Part shown: positions 7,823 to 16,909 of the stretch, one piece after another
Layout: each line of letters opens with the position of its first letter
How positions within the stretch are numbered: the first letter of the stretch is position 1
Virus record (IMG/VR): IMGVR_UViG_3300042465_006787
Source: an uncultured virus (IMG/VR IMGVR_UViG_3300042465_006787)
Lineage: Duplodnaviria > Heunggongvirae > Uroviricota > Caudoviricetes
Length of the DNA stretch: 20,000 bases
Reading direction: 5' to 3' (one strand)
Translations under genes and position numbers: made by a program
Notes under the pieces: generated by a model
The model's input: only the letters and a program-made list of their open reading frames with translations
Told to the model about the DNA's origin: nothing
Databases searched by the model: none

Positions 7823-8597
7823 TTATGTCTGTGATTTTAAAATGTAAAAACGGTTGTTCAACTTGTAAGTTTTTAAACTCATATGTGTTTGTATTAACAT
7901 CATAGACGCCATAACCATGATGATTAACTGTCTCACCGAAATTCTGTTGTATTAAAGAACCAATCATTACACCTTTACCACCGCTAGGTAATGTGAAGGT
8001 TTGTCTTTTGTGAATGTCGCCACATAGTAATAAATCTAAATCTCTAAAATTTAATTGGTCATATGCATCTTCAAACTCAAAACCTAAATCAGTTGATAAT
8101 CCTTGAATTGGTCCGTGAAATAATCCGATGTGTAGTTTACCTTCTTCTTTTTCAAATTCAGGTCGTTGATTATGTTGGTATAATGAATACACAACCCAAT
8201 TAACATTATCATCTTTATAAACACCCATGTCTCTATAATAAACAATATTTTTATTGTTTAACAATTCTATAATAGGTGTTATGCTGTCTAAACGCTCGTG
8301 GTTATTCTCTAAGAAGTCGTGATTTCCAGGGATGATAACAACCATACCATAACTTGATAGTTGATTTAAGAACCAACTAGTTAATAGTAATTGTTCGTTG
8401 GATATATTAATCTTTTGATGTGCTATGTCACCAGCAATTACAATGCGAATTTCTTCCCATCGAATACCTTCTGAAGTCCATTGTGCAGCATGTTCACGTA
8501 CTTCTTCAATTAACTTATCAAACTGTGTTTTATACAACTCGTGCATTTGATATGTACGGATGTGTAAATCTGCGATATGAATTATTTTTTTTATCAT
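7779..8597 (-). CDS. SbcD/Mre11/T4 gp47-like metallophosphoesterase nuclease (short form)
   Basis: Calcineurin-like motifs ADLH, AGD, PGNHD, FHG and GDIH, plus GSLIQQNFGE. Lies close to the SbcC-like gene. Confidence 0.9.
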   Translation of the reverse strand: MIKKIIHIADLHIRTYQMHELYKTQFDKLIEEVREHAAQWTSEGIRWEEIRIVIAGDIAHQKINISNEQLLLTSWFLNQLSSYGMVVIIPGNHDFLENNHERLDSITPIIELLNNKNIVYYRDMGVYKDDNVNWVVYSLYQHNQRPEFEKEEGKLHIGLFHGPIQGLSTDLGFEFEDAYDQLNFRDLDLLLCGDIHKRQTFTLPSGGKGVMIGSLIQQNFGETVNHHGYGVYDVNTNTYEFKNLQVEQPFLHFKITDINDIEEQKEHLVNLG

Positions 8598-9451
8598 TTT
8601 CTTGTGTATTTGCTTAAATCCATTCTTAAAATTGTTGAACTAATAACAGGCGGTACCTTATATTCAACATATGTTCCGTCGTCTTTTAATAATACAATTA
8701 CACCACCTAGTAATTTTAAATCGGCATATTTTGTTCCACTTAACATTTTTAACAATAAACGAACATAAAGAGGTAGTTGTAAAAAATAATGACCTAATGC
8801 ATTATCATGATAATCATTAAATGGTGGATACAATTTACCAGTATAATGATGAACCTCGAAGTTTTTTGGTTGATTTGTTTTCCAATCAGTAATTACGATT
8901 CCGTAATTGGTGTTATCCTTATTCATCATTAACCAAACCTTATCTGGTTGTCCCGTATAGCCCAGCTCATTATCACCTAAAATAATTTCAGTATCTAATA
9001 GAACTGCTCCACGTTCAGCCATTAAATCTAAAAATGAATTACCAGCTTTAATCATGTTGTCGCCTTTAATAATTTGACTTTCATCACAATTGAAAATTGG
9101 TTCTCTAACCTCTTTATAACCACCATAACGTTGGATTGTCTCCGACTCTAAAACATAGTGAACACGACTACCCATATTTGTTGAGTAGTCCCCAGCCGCT
9201 CGCCATTCACCCAATAATTGTTGTTGTTTCGTCCTGTCACCTTTAGACATTTCTAATGCTTTGGCCGGTGCGTCAAATGCTTTGTGAAATCTTTTAATTA
9301 CTCTAGAAACAGATGGGAAGTCATCTCTGACAATACCATCAAGATCCTTCATATAATAAATGTGTTTGTCCTCAACAAAGGTGAGTTCTAATTCATTTCT
9401 TCTTTTAGTCAATAATTCATTTATCTCTAACGAGATTTCTTTTAAATCCAT
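8594..9451 (-). CDS. PD-(D/E)XK (RecB/Cas4-like superfamily) exonuclease
   Basis: PSVS, GSRVH, E, GQPD, DWKT and QLPLY motifs. Confidence 0.85.
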   Translation of the reverse strand: MDLKEISLEINELLTKRRNELELTFVEDKHIYYMKDLDGIVRDDFPSVSRVIKRFHKAFDAPAKALEMSKGDRTKQQQLLGEWRAAGDYSTNMGSRVHYVLESETIQRYGGYKEVREPIFNCDESQIIKGDNMIKAGNSFLDLMAERGAVLLDTEIILGDNELGYTGQPDKVWLMMNKDNTNYGIVITDWKTNQPKNFEVHHYTGKLYPPFNDYHDNALGHYFLQLPLYVRLLLKMLSGTKYADLKLLGGVIVLLKDDGTYVEYKVPPVISSTILRMDLSKYTRK

Positions 9452-9452
9452 G

Positions 9453-10391
9453 TTACTTTAATTGAAAGGGTTTATAATTTTCTAATTTTCCTTGTAAGTC
9501 AGCGATATCTTTATCAATATCTAGTTTTACTATCCAAACTTTACCAAATAATCTACCGCCATTTAATTTATGATATACTCTTTGTGCATCTTCCCACGCA
9601 TCTCCATCTAATAATATCGTAATCCCGGTTGCGTTATCATATATCTTATTGAAAACAAACTCACTAACAAATTTACCAAGTAATGGTATTGAGTTTGGTA
9701 CGAATATACTGTCAAATGCGCCCTCAACAATGTTGATTGGTTTAGTCCAATCAAGCAAATGTTCATTAAAAATCAAATCCTCTTTTCTGACATCTGGATT
9801 TTTATATTTTAATTTAGTGTTTGGGGCATATGATCTGGCAATGAAATAGTTTAACATTAAATCATGCCCATATGATGGGATTATGATTCTACTAGCGTAT
9901 AAACCAGTGTATGCAAATCCTATTCGATATTTTTCAATCATTTCGTCAGTAATATTTCTACTACGTAAATAATTCATCGCCTGTTTATAGTAATGAGTTA
10001 ATTTTAAACCCATACTAGCGTCTTTTAATGGAATGTACTCGTTTGGTAACCTCGCAACCTTAGTTACTTTTCTTAATTCACCAATATCATCTGGTCTCAA
10101 TAACTCATAACGTTTTGTATGTTTAGGTCGACCATATTTTTTGATTAACTTATATAGCCCACCGTGAGTATCGTGTGTTTCACTACACGCCCAGCACTTA
10201 TAAACCCCAAAACGATAGTTAATTTCTAAATTACCCTTACCATCCCCTTCATCTAACCCCTTTAACTCATACGAGCAGACAGGGCAGTCAAAAGATATTT
10301 GACACCTATAGTCATTGTGCATATGTGGTTCTCCCAATATGTCCTCTAAAAGGTCAACAATAGCTGAATAGTCGATTTCGGTTTCCGGCAT
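9453..10391 (-). CDS. DNA primase (zinc-binding plus TOPRIM)
   Basis: CPVC...CWAC zinc domain, RIIIP, KYKNP, VEGAFD and LDGD. Start moved to ATG 10391 (MPETE). Confidence 0.92.
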   Translation of the reverse strand: MPETEIDYSAIVDLLEDILGEPHMHNDYRCQISFDCPVCSYELKGLDEGDGKGNLEINYRFGVYKCWACSETHDTHGGLYKLIKKYGRPKHTKRYELLRPDDIGELRKVTKVARLPNEYIPLKDASMGLKLTHYYKQAMNYLRSRNITDEMIEKYRIGFAYTGLYASRIIIPSYGHDLMLNYFIARSYAPNTKLKYKNPDVRKEDLIFNEHLLDWTKPINIVEGAFDSIFVPNSIPLLGKFVSEFVFNKIYDNATGITILLDGDAWEDAQRVYHKLNGGRLFGKVWIVKLDIDKDIADLQGKLENYKPFQLK

Positions 10392-10395
10392 ATGC

Positions 10396-10403
10396 CTAAT
10401 ATA
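10396..10403 (-). promoter_or_regulatory. TATATTAG, -7-like promoter element for primase
   Basis: 4 nt upstream of the ATG and just downstream of a terminator, which implies a near-leaderless mRNA. Confidence 0.5.
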
Positions 10404-10418
10404 TGTAAAATATGTGAG

Positions 10419-10451
10419 AAAAAAAAATCCCCTGGACACCACCCCAGGGGA
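10419..10451 (-). terminator. Intrinsic terminator
   Basis: Stem TCCCCTGG/CCAGGGGA with an 8-nt loop, followed by 9 T on the minus strand. Confidence 0.9.
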
Positions 10452-10497
10452 ACACCAACCAGATGTACATTTCTGTGCACCCGATTTGCTGTATTGT
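10419..10497 (-). ncRNA. Candidate ~78-nt small RNA
   Basis: Bounded by a promoter (10501-10531) and a strong terminator. Contains the hairpin GGGUGCACA-GAAA-UGUACAUCU. Confidence 0.55.
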
Positions 10498-10500
10498 ATA

Positions 10501-10531
10501 CTAATATACGCTATTAATAATTAATAACAAA
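10501..10531 (-). promoter_or_regulatory. Bacteroidota-type promoter TTTG-N19-TATATTAG
   Basis: -33 TTTG at 10528-10531, 19-nt spacer, and a -7 element with one mismatch to TAnnTTTG. Confidence 0.65.
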
Positions 10532-10543
10532 ATACTAGTTGCC

Positions 10544-11140
10544 TTATTCTTTTAACATGTTAATATAGCCGATTACCGCTGTTGCAGCATCACTCATATC
10601 ATAGTTTTCTTTTCTTAATGAACCGGTTTTACCATATAACCAAGTAACTTCTGGGCAAACAGCGTTTACGTGTTCCCAAACCACATGTTTCTTATCAATA
10701 TCTTTAGGATAACCGCCAAATAGAACATTTCTACCTTTATCATTTGGACCAACTAAATCTGGGAACGCAAATTTTCTTGCATTATATGTGGAAATAAATG
10801 TCGGAACAATACCCAAAATATCGTATACTATCTTGCAAATCATTGTGTTATATCTTAATAATGTACCTACTGTGTAGATATTATTAGAATTTAATAATGG
10901 TTCTTCAATGATAACTTTAACAATACCCATATCACGATAACCCTCAAGTTGTTTCTTGAAAGCATCCGCTTTTTTCATTAATTCCTCTAATTTGTCTTCT
11001 GGTAGGGGTTTAACCTTTGGTGAGAAATGTGTTAACTCTAACAACTTCTTACCGGCTAAATCGAATAGTGCCCAACCAATAGTTTTGGTTGAGATATCTA
11101 ATCCTAAAATTTTAGATTTGTTTTTGAATTTTGTTTCCAT
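10544..11140 (-). CDS. RuvC-like Holliday junction resolvase
   Basis: RNase H-fold acidic residues in LGLDISTKTIGWA, IIEE and DMSDA. Start at ATG 11140. Confidence 0.85.
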   Translation of the reverse strand: METKFKNKSKILGLDISTKTIGWALFDLAGKKLLELTHFSPKVKPLPEDKLEELMKKADAFKKQLEGYRDMGIVKVIIEEPLLNSNNIYTVGTLLRYNTMICKIVYDILGIVPTFISTYNARKFAFPDLVGPNDKGRNVLFGGYPKDIDKKHVVWEHVNAVCPEVTWLYGKTGSLRKENYDMSDAATAVIGYINMLKE

Positions 11141-11143
11141 AAA

Positions 11144-11174
11144 CAAGAATAACTATAGATATTAAAAATGTAAA
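11144..11174 (-). promoter_or_regulatory. Putative promoter TTTACA-N17-TATTCT(TG)
   Basis: Sigma70-like spacing, and TATTCTTG is also -7-like. It ends 3 nt from the ATG. Confidence 0.4.
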
Positions 11175-11177
11175 TGG

Positions 11178-13280
11178 TTAAAAATCAATTTTTAGTGCAA
11201 AAACTTGTACTCCAGACCTTATAACTGGTTTAGCTGTTTTTGACATCGCCAATACATTTTTACTTGCGTCTAGTAATGCTACCTCTGTAATTCTTTTAGT
11301 TGCACCAGAAATATACGTAGGATTCTGAGTTTGTGTGAATTGTGATGACGGTAGGTTAATCATAAACGTCATAACCTCTAAATCAGATGCTCTGGTTAAC
11401 TTAACACTACCTGGAAATGGTTGACTATCACCAAATTGTGGAAGTGTAGCATCACCGCTAGTTAATGTTGGTTGATAACCAATTAAATTATCTGTTGTTG
11501 ACGTATTTGTTCCGATTGAATATAAAGAACCACCATCTAACATATCTTGACCGATAACAAACTGATAGTCACATAAATTATCAGGATCAATTAAACTACC
11601 AACTGTGTGGTTAGGTATTTGGTCTGTTAAATCTATTACAGTCCAAGAATCTGATTCTGGTTGTGTACTTCCTGAAACTATTTGAACTAATGCTTTAAAC
11701 TTATTTGCTCTAAATCCGCTGGTGCTACCAACTAAATTGGCATTATTATTCATATACTTGAAATCATCAGTATTGAATTTAATTGATGCATTCACAGATA
11801 TACCAGTAACACTATTATAGTAATTACAATGTATCCCACTTAATGCTGTATTTCCTGTTAGTTCTAATTCATATGTGATATATGCTGTTTCACCACTTGT
11901 TATCATTGGCTGATCCCCAACAGTACATGGTAAATCCACCGGAACTGCACTAACTCTTGGTGAAGGTAGTGTGAATCTTCTATTTGATTTGTATTCTAAT
12001 GCTGCTATAATTTCTTGGTCATCAAATACTATTATCTTTTTACCTGTGAAAACTTTACCAACTTTATAACCTTGTTCATCTAAAAGATATCTGAATACAA
12101 CATTATTAGTATTTGGTTTATCGTTCTTACTTGATGTTACATAATAATTTGTTTCATCCATAGTAAACACTGCACCAATAGTGGTACCAGTATTTCTATG
12201 ATATAACATAAACGGAATGTACACTTCGAAACTTAAAATATCATCTTCAGTTTCAGATGCGATGTAATCATCGTATTTAAAAAATCTTTCAGGGTCGTTA
12301 ACCGAATCTCCTAATTCTGAGTAATGTAATATTGCTATTACTCTTTGGTCTTCTGGTTTAACATTAACTTCTTCACCAAATGAATTAACAAATGTTGTTG
12401 GTGTTGATAGTGTTCCTCCAGTAAAATTTGTAAATGTTTGACCTGATGTGCTATTATACCCTAAATATTCTTTTGTTGATGCGTATTGTGTCCCAGTATA
12501 TCCTGTTAAACTTTCATTTGATGCATTTAATCCTGCTGGTTTTTCTGTCCAAACGATTTCCATTCTCCATGGATCATGTGCTGCTGATGGATCTACGGGT
12601 GATGGTGAACAAACAGTTGTTGCTGTAGTATCAGACCCAAACTCAACATCACAATTGTGACATATCACTTGTGCGTAACCACTTAATGATGAGAAGTTTG
12701 GCATAATTCTATCAAACGCTAATTCATTACCCGTTATACCTGTAATTTTATAAACCAAACTATTTGTTTCACCAGTTAATGTTGGTATCTCACCGCAGGT
12801 TCTACTGTTAAAAAGAATTGTGACATATTCACAACCATTGTATGTTGCACCAGTTAAAACTGTTAATAAATTAGTACCATCAACTTGTGATAACGATATT
12901 TCTTGTATCTCACATGCAATTGTTGTTCCAGTACAATCCACTGAATCATATTCAACGTAATCTGAAACGAAACCTGCCGGTCCCATAACATTTTTAATTG
13001 TATCTAACGTATTTTGTTTTATTGGGTTACCGTATGTTAAACTTTCAGATGATGTTAATTTATATGGATACTTTACTTGAGCATCTTTATCCATTGGCGC
13101 CAACACTTTTTGATGTGGTGTTACACCATTCCCAGTGAATCCTGTGAAGTTGTAATCAAATTCAGAATCACCTATTTGGAAATAACTTATTACAAAATTA
13201 CCCTCAGCGATAGATTTTCTACCTTTTTGGGTAATTCTTGCTGTTAAAAATTCTGAATTATTACTGTTTAAAAAGCTCAT
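11178..13280 (-). CDS. Putative baseplate / tail-fibre-anchoring structural protein
   Basis: N-terminal ITQKGRKSIA...YFQIGDSE and C-terminal ITEVALLD...VLAMSK...FALKIDF resemble the two ends of phage tail-collar/baseplate domains. Preceded by TATTTATA. Confidence 0.6.
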   Translation of the reverse strand: MSFLNSNNSEFLTARITQKGRKSIAEGNFVISYFQIGDSEFDYNFTGFTGNGVTPHQKVLAPMDKDAQVKYPYKLTSSESLTYGNPIKQNTLDTIKNVMGPAGFVSDYVEYDSVDCTGTTIACEIQEISLSQVDGTNLLTVLTGATYNGCEYVTILFNSRTCGEIPTLTGETNSLVYKITGITGNELAFDRIMPNFSSLSGYAQVICHNCDVEFGSDTTATTVCSPSPVDPSAAHDPWRMEIVWTEKPAGLNASNESLTGYTGTQYASTKEYLGYNSTSGQTFTNFTGGTLSTPTTFVNSFGEEVNVKPEDQRVIAILHYSELGDSVNDPERFFKYDDYIASETEDDILSFEVYIPFMLYHRNTGTTIGAVFTMDETNYYVTSSKNDKPNTNNVVFRYLLDEQGYKVGKVFTGKKIIVFDDQEIIAALEYKSNRRFTLPSPRVSAVPVDLPCTVGDQPMITSGETAYITYELELTGNTALSGIHCNYYNSVTGISVNASIKFNTDDFKYMNNNANLVGSTSGFRANKFKALVQIVSGSTQPESDSWTVIDLTDQIPNHTVGSLIDPDNLCDYQFVIGQDMLDGGSLYSIGTNTSTTDNLIGYQPTLTSGDATLPQFGDSQPFPGSVKLTRASDLEVMTFMINLPSSQFTQTQNPTYISGATKRITEVALLDASKNVLAMSKTAKPVIRSGVQVFALKIDF

Positions 13281-13284
13281 ATGT

Positions 13285-13292
13285 TATAAATA
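13285..13292 (-). promoter_or_regulatory. TATTTATA putative late-promoter motif
   Basis: 4 nt upstream of ATG 13280. Confidence 0.6.
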
Positions 13293-13311
13293 TCTTTTTT
13301 TATTTTTATCA

Positions 13312-14817
13312 TTAAGGTGCGCATATACTATATCCGACTTGTGCACTATAAGAATTTATTACTCTTGTTTCATTTTCACAATTACCTTGTCCATTATCTA
13401 CAGGTACTGATGTATCAATGGTAAGCGTGCCCGAACTTGTTCCACTACTTATTTCAATTGGATATTCATATGTATTTTCCTGCTGGTAAAGGACATCTAC
13501 CGTAACATTAACATAGGCATATACATCACCAACAGCATTCATTGCATTACCATTACCATCAGTTAATAATGCTGTAATAACGGTATAGAAATATGGTACA
13601 GTATTAGATAAACATTCAGTGGTACCTTGTGAAGAATATTCTGTTATTTGAATACATGCTGACCCCGGTGCCCCGGCCGCACTAGGTGTTAATGTCGGTG
13701 TTGCTGTTAATGTTGGTGTTGGAGTTGGTGTTTGTGTTGGTGTGGTACAATAATTCCATTCACTTAATTCTCCCGAACTACTTATACGAACAACATAGTT
13801 GAATGTACTTCCACTACCATATATTAATATTGAGTAGTACTTGTCACCACCATTTACAACATTACCACCACCACTTATATTTGAATCATATAATGTGTAT
13901 ATTGTTCCTGGTACAATTGACGCCTCATTAACATAGAAAGATGTTGATCCACCTTGTGTTAAACCTGTATACCCCAATGACGATGCTTGGTATGGGTATA
14001 ATCCACATGTATCTGCTAATTGTTGTATATAACCCACTGAACCATCATGTGCCCACGCCGCTGTTAAATATGCCGTTCTTAATGTTGCTGATGGTGGTGG
14101 TGCCGGACAACCTGTTTCACCCTCAACAGCATATACGGTATATTTCGTACCGCCACCTGTTGGGTCAGTAGTTGCCATTTGAGAACCCATAACAACATAA
14201 TAGTAACTCGCACTACCTTCAACTCTGTCACCACTACTAAATGTTCCAGAAACTAATGAATATGACCAAACATCATAATCGCCATCCAAATATCCAGTAA
14301 ATCCTTGATACTCACAAGGTCTTAGTTTATAGTAAACATATGTTGCACTTGGTGTGCTTGTTTGAGTATTTGTCGGTGTTTGAGTTGGTGTACTTGTTTG
14401 AGTTGGGGCTATAACCGATGATGTTGTATTTGTCGGTGTAGCTGTTAGCGTTAATGTTGGCGTGGCCGTTGGGGTCGCACCTTCGGTTGTTGTGTTTGTA
14501 GGTGTTTGAGTAGGTGTACTTGTTGGTGTATTTGTAGCTGTCGCTGTTAAAGTTGGTGTTGGTGTAGCTGTTGGTGTTGGGTCTACTAATGAAACCAAAA
14601 ATATTTGGTCGTCACAACCATTGCAATTAATCTTTACATAAACTTGTGTTAAAGTGTCGCTTAAACCTGTTAAAGCACAACTGCTAGCGGTTATCCCATT
14701 ACATATTGTAGTTCCAGTCACATTATCAGCAGTTAACCCAGTATAAACATATTGAGGAAAATTTGATTGTGAATGATCCGAATCTATTGTAAAATTTATT
14801 GTTACTCCTTTAGCCAT
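13312..14817 (-). CDS. Modular Thr/Pro-repeat, Cys-containing putative virion fibre/decoration protein
   Basis: ~78-aa N-terminal module, two PT tracts and several small beta-rich Cys-bounded domains. Confidence 0.7.
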   Translation of the reverse strand: MAKGVTINFTIDSDHSQSNFPQYVYTGLTADNVTGTTICNGITASSCALTGLSDTLTQVYVKINCNGCDDQIFLVSLVDPTPTATPTPTLTATATNTPTSTPTQTPTNTTTEGATPTATPTLTLTATPTNTTSSVIAPTQTSTPTQTPTNTQTSTPSATYVYYKLRPCEYQGFTGYLDGDYDVWSYSLVSGTFSSGDRVEGSASYYYVVMGSQMATTDPTGGGTKYTVYAVEGETGCPAPPPSATLRTAYLTAAWAHDGSVGYIQQLADTCGLYPYQASSLGYTGLTQGGSTSFYVNEASIVPGTIYTLYDSNISGGGNVVNGGDKYYSILIYGSGSTFNYVVRISSSGELSEWNYCTTPTQTPTPTPTLTATPTLTPSAAGAPGSACIQITEYSSQGTTECLSNTVPYFYTVITALLTDGNGNAMNAVGDVYAYVNVTVDVLYQQENTYEYPIEISSGTSSGTLTIDTSVPVDNGQGNCENETRVINSYSAQVGYSICAP

Positions 14818-14827
14818 TTATTTATCT

Positions 14828-15118
14828 TTAACATGGAATTAATTCCACTAATCTTATTTGATATCCCCCCTGTTTTTTAGGCGTTGCATTTGGTACTGGT
14901 GTTATATGGTCATCGCAATGTTCAACAAAAACACAAACATATTTTGATGCGCCAGAATATATTATTTGAAATGTTTTTCCATTTAATGGTATGGCAACAT
15001 CAGAAAAAAGCGGTGTTGTTGGTATTGTTTCCCAAGTAGTTCCGGTATAAATGTTATAAACACTACACGGTGTTGTGCTTCCGCTTATATTCGATATTGT
15101 TATATTATATGTTGCCAT
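14828..15118 (-). CDS. Small putative virion protein (N-terminal module only)
   Basis: MATYNITISNISGSTTP resembles the starts of its neighbours. Tight operon spacing. Confidence 0.7.
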   Translation of the reverse strand: MATYNITISNISGSTTPCSVYNIYTGTTWETIPTTPLFSDVAIPLNGKTFQIIYSGASKYVCVFVEHCDDHITPVPNATPKKQGGYQIRLVELIPC

Positions 15119-15122
15119 TATT

Positions 15123-15130
15123 AATAAATA
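15123..15130 (-). promoter_or_regulatory. TATTTATT putative late-promoter motif
   Basis: 4 nt upstream of ATG 15118. Confidence 0.45.
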
Positions 15131-16273
15131 TTATATACATTCTGGATTACCACTACATCCTCCTAATGGCCCGAATCTATAAACACCATTTGGAACTGTC
15201 GTACCAGTTCCCGAACTAGGGGTTGTCATCGCAAGCCACGTTGGTTCCTCCGAACTACATATTGAATATGTGAAATAATCAACACCCTCAATTGTTGCTA
15301 TCCCTTGATACAAAGTTTCGAGGCGATTGTCAGTTGAAAGTGATCCAGGATATCTGTATCTTATACCATATTCTGTTGTGCTAACAGGCGCAGCTTGTGC
15401 AACACGATATGTGTAACATTGACCAAGTGATGCTGTCAGTGTCGGTGTCGGAGTTGGTGTTGGTGATCCTAAACAAGTAAATGTAACCGACCATCCATCA
15501 GAAGGATAAGCCGGATCGGCAAGTGGATTCGCCGGACCAACGTCAACACGTAATTCATAAGACATTCCACTTTGATATGTAAATGTGAACGAACCGGTAC
15601 CATCTGGATCTGTTAAACTTCCCGCAGTTCCCCATGGTCCAAAATATGTGTTATCCGCACCTACCCATCCGCTATCCTCAATTAACATCCCATTTCCGTA
15701 AATATTAAATCTATTTGGTCTATCATACGCAACGTACCCAACACTTATTATTGATTCATCAGTAGCTTCAGATAAATCTAATGCTTGTGTTTGAATCGTA
15801 AAACCTGTTGGAATATAAGTTCCTGTCAATGTATCACCACAACCTGGCAATGGTTCAGCCAAACTAGCCGTAGGTGTTTGCGTTAATGTTAAAGTAGGTG
15901 TCGCTGTTGGTGTTAACCCAATACTAGCAGTTAATGTTTGTGTAGGTGTTTGTGTTAATGTTAAAGTAGGTGTTGCTGTTGGTGTTAATGGTGGTGGAAC
16001 ACATGAAGCACTTAAATCAAAATCAATTGTATCATATAATGGGTATGCTTTACTATCGTGAATATATATATTTTCAATAATATATCTATTTGTAACCAAA
16101 TCTGTCAGTTTAATATAATATTGCGTGTCGAATTCAAATGGGGCACCACTAATTGTTGCTGTGGATGTCGTACCTGTAAGAGCTGTTGTAAATGAACCGT
16201 ATGGCGAGGTTGAATACGCCACGCTATACGATGTTGACCCACTAATATTAATTAATCTTATTGAAACACCCAT
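15131..16273 (-). CDS. Modular Thr/Pro-repeat putative virion protein
   Basis: N-terminal module, PT tract, beta-sandwich-like domain (YDRPNRFNIYGNG...DSGWVG), short PT tract and a Cys-bounded C-terminal domain. Confidence 0.7.
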   Translation of the reverse strand: MGVSIRLINISGSTSYSVAYSTSPYGSFTTALTGTTSTATISGAPFEFDTQYYIKLTDLVTNRYIIENIYIHDSKAYPLYDTIDFDLSASCVPPPLTPTATPTLTLTQTPTQTLTASIGLTPTATPTLTLTQTPTASLAEPLPGCGDTLTGTYIPTGFTIQTQALDLSEATDESIISVGYVAYDRPNRFNIYGNGMLIEDSGWVGADNTYFGPWGTAGSLTDPDGTGSFTFTYQSGMSYELRVDVGPANPLADPAYPSDGWSVTFTCLGSPTPTPTPTLTASLGQCYTYRVAQAAPVSTTEYGIRYRYPGSLSTDNRLETLYQGIATIEGVDYFTYSICSSEEPTWLAMTTPSSGTGTTVPNGVYRFGPLGGCSGNPECI

Positions 16274-16278
16274 AATAG

Positions 16279-16286
16279 TATAAATA
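16279..16286 (-). promoter_or_regulatory. TATTTATA putative late-promoter motif
   Basis: 5 nt upstream of ATG 16273, directly after a terminator. Confidence 0.6.
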
Positions 16287-16306
16287 CCTTTACATATAAT
16301 TTAAAT

Positions 16307-16334
16307 AAAAAACCCCTTAAAATAAAGGGGTTTT
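16307..16334 (-). terminator. Intrinsic terminator
   Basis: AAAACCCCTT-6 nt-AAGGGGTTTT stem with a T tract. Confidence 0.8.
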
Positions 16335-16355
16335 AATCAGTTATAAGTCAAAAGA

Positions 16356-16874
16356 TTATGGGGCACTACCGCTACAATCACTTATTGTTGAAATCATGCC
16401 TCCTGCCGCAACATTAAATAATCCAAATGTTAAACCATCGTTGAAATAGTAACCCGAAGTTAATGGTGTACCAGTTTGGTCTTCATATAGATAATCTCCT
16501 GACATTAATGAACTTAAAAGACCGTCGTAGAATACTGTTACAGGTAATGCGGTTCCTGTGTTACAAGCATTTATATCTGATGTACCATAATAGAATACGC
16601 TATTTGATGTGTGTTCGCCGCCACCGCCGCCACCGCCACCACCAGTTACCGAACTAATGTCCACTGTATCTAATGTGCTACAAGTTCCAGAACTTTCTAC
16701 TCTAATAGATTCGTCTAAAGAAGTTATATTTTGAATCAAATATCCACTTAATATTGTTGCTCTAGTAACATTTAAAAATGTTTGTGTTGCGGTATTACCA
16801 CTATCTCTAACGGTAACCGTAAAAGGTCCCACAGATAATGATGGTGTTGTTGAAAAACTAATTGTTATGTCCAT
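16356..16874 (-). CDS. Two-domain putative virion protein with poly-Gly linker
   Basis: N-terminal module (VGPFTV...VESSGTC), G9 linker and a C-terminal C...LYED...GYY...C domain. Confidence 0.75.
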   Translation of the reverse strand: MDITISFSTTPSLSVGPFTVTVRDSGNTATQTFLNVTRATILSGYLIQNITSLDESIRVESSGTCSTLDTVDISSVTGGGGGGGGGEHTSNSVFYYGTSDINACNTGTALPVTVFYDGLLSSLMSGDYLYEDQTGTPLTSGYYFNDGLTFGLFNVAAGGMISTISDCSGSAP

Positions 16875-16875
16875 G

Positions 16876-16909
16876 TTTTATATTTTATATTTTATATTTT
16901 ATATTTTAT
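16876..16909. repeat. 7-bp tandem repeat (TTTTATA) x ~4.9
   Basis: Fills nearly all of the intergenic spacer. Confidence 0.9.

Noticed and set aside
8594..9451. Cas4 or a CRISPR-associated gene
   Set aside because: It lacks the four Fe-S cysteines and there is no cas context.
10396..10470. 24-aa hydrophobic mini-ORF (MYIWLVFPWGGVQGIFFSHIFYIY) on the minus strand
   Set aside because: It runs through the terminator, and its ATG is buried in a hairpin. Probably incidental, though not excluded.
10544..11140. TnpB/Cas12/IscB-type RNA-guided nuclease next to the small RNA
   Set aside because: Only ~198 aa, a compact resolvase-like RuvC with no zinc finger, bridge helix or recognition domains. 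The RNA has its own promoter.
343..16657. Other short ORFs in the track that overlap longer genes on the opposite strand (e.g. 343-552, 945-1145, 1723-1989, 2732-2926, 4065-4331, 6301-7181 set, 9649-9849, 12434-12660, 13941-14171)
   Set aside because: They are antisense to well-supported genes and have no recognisable motifs.
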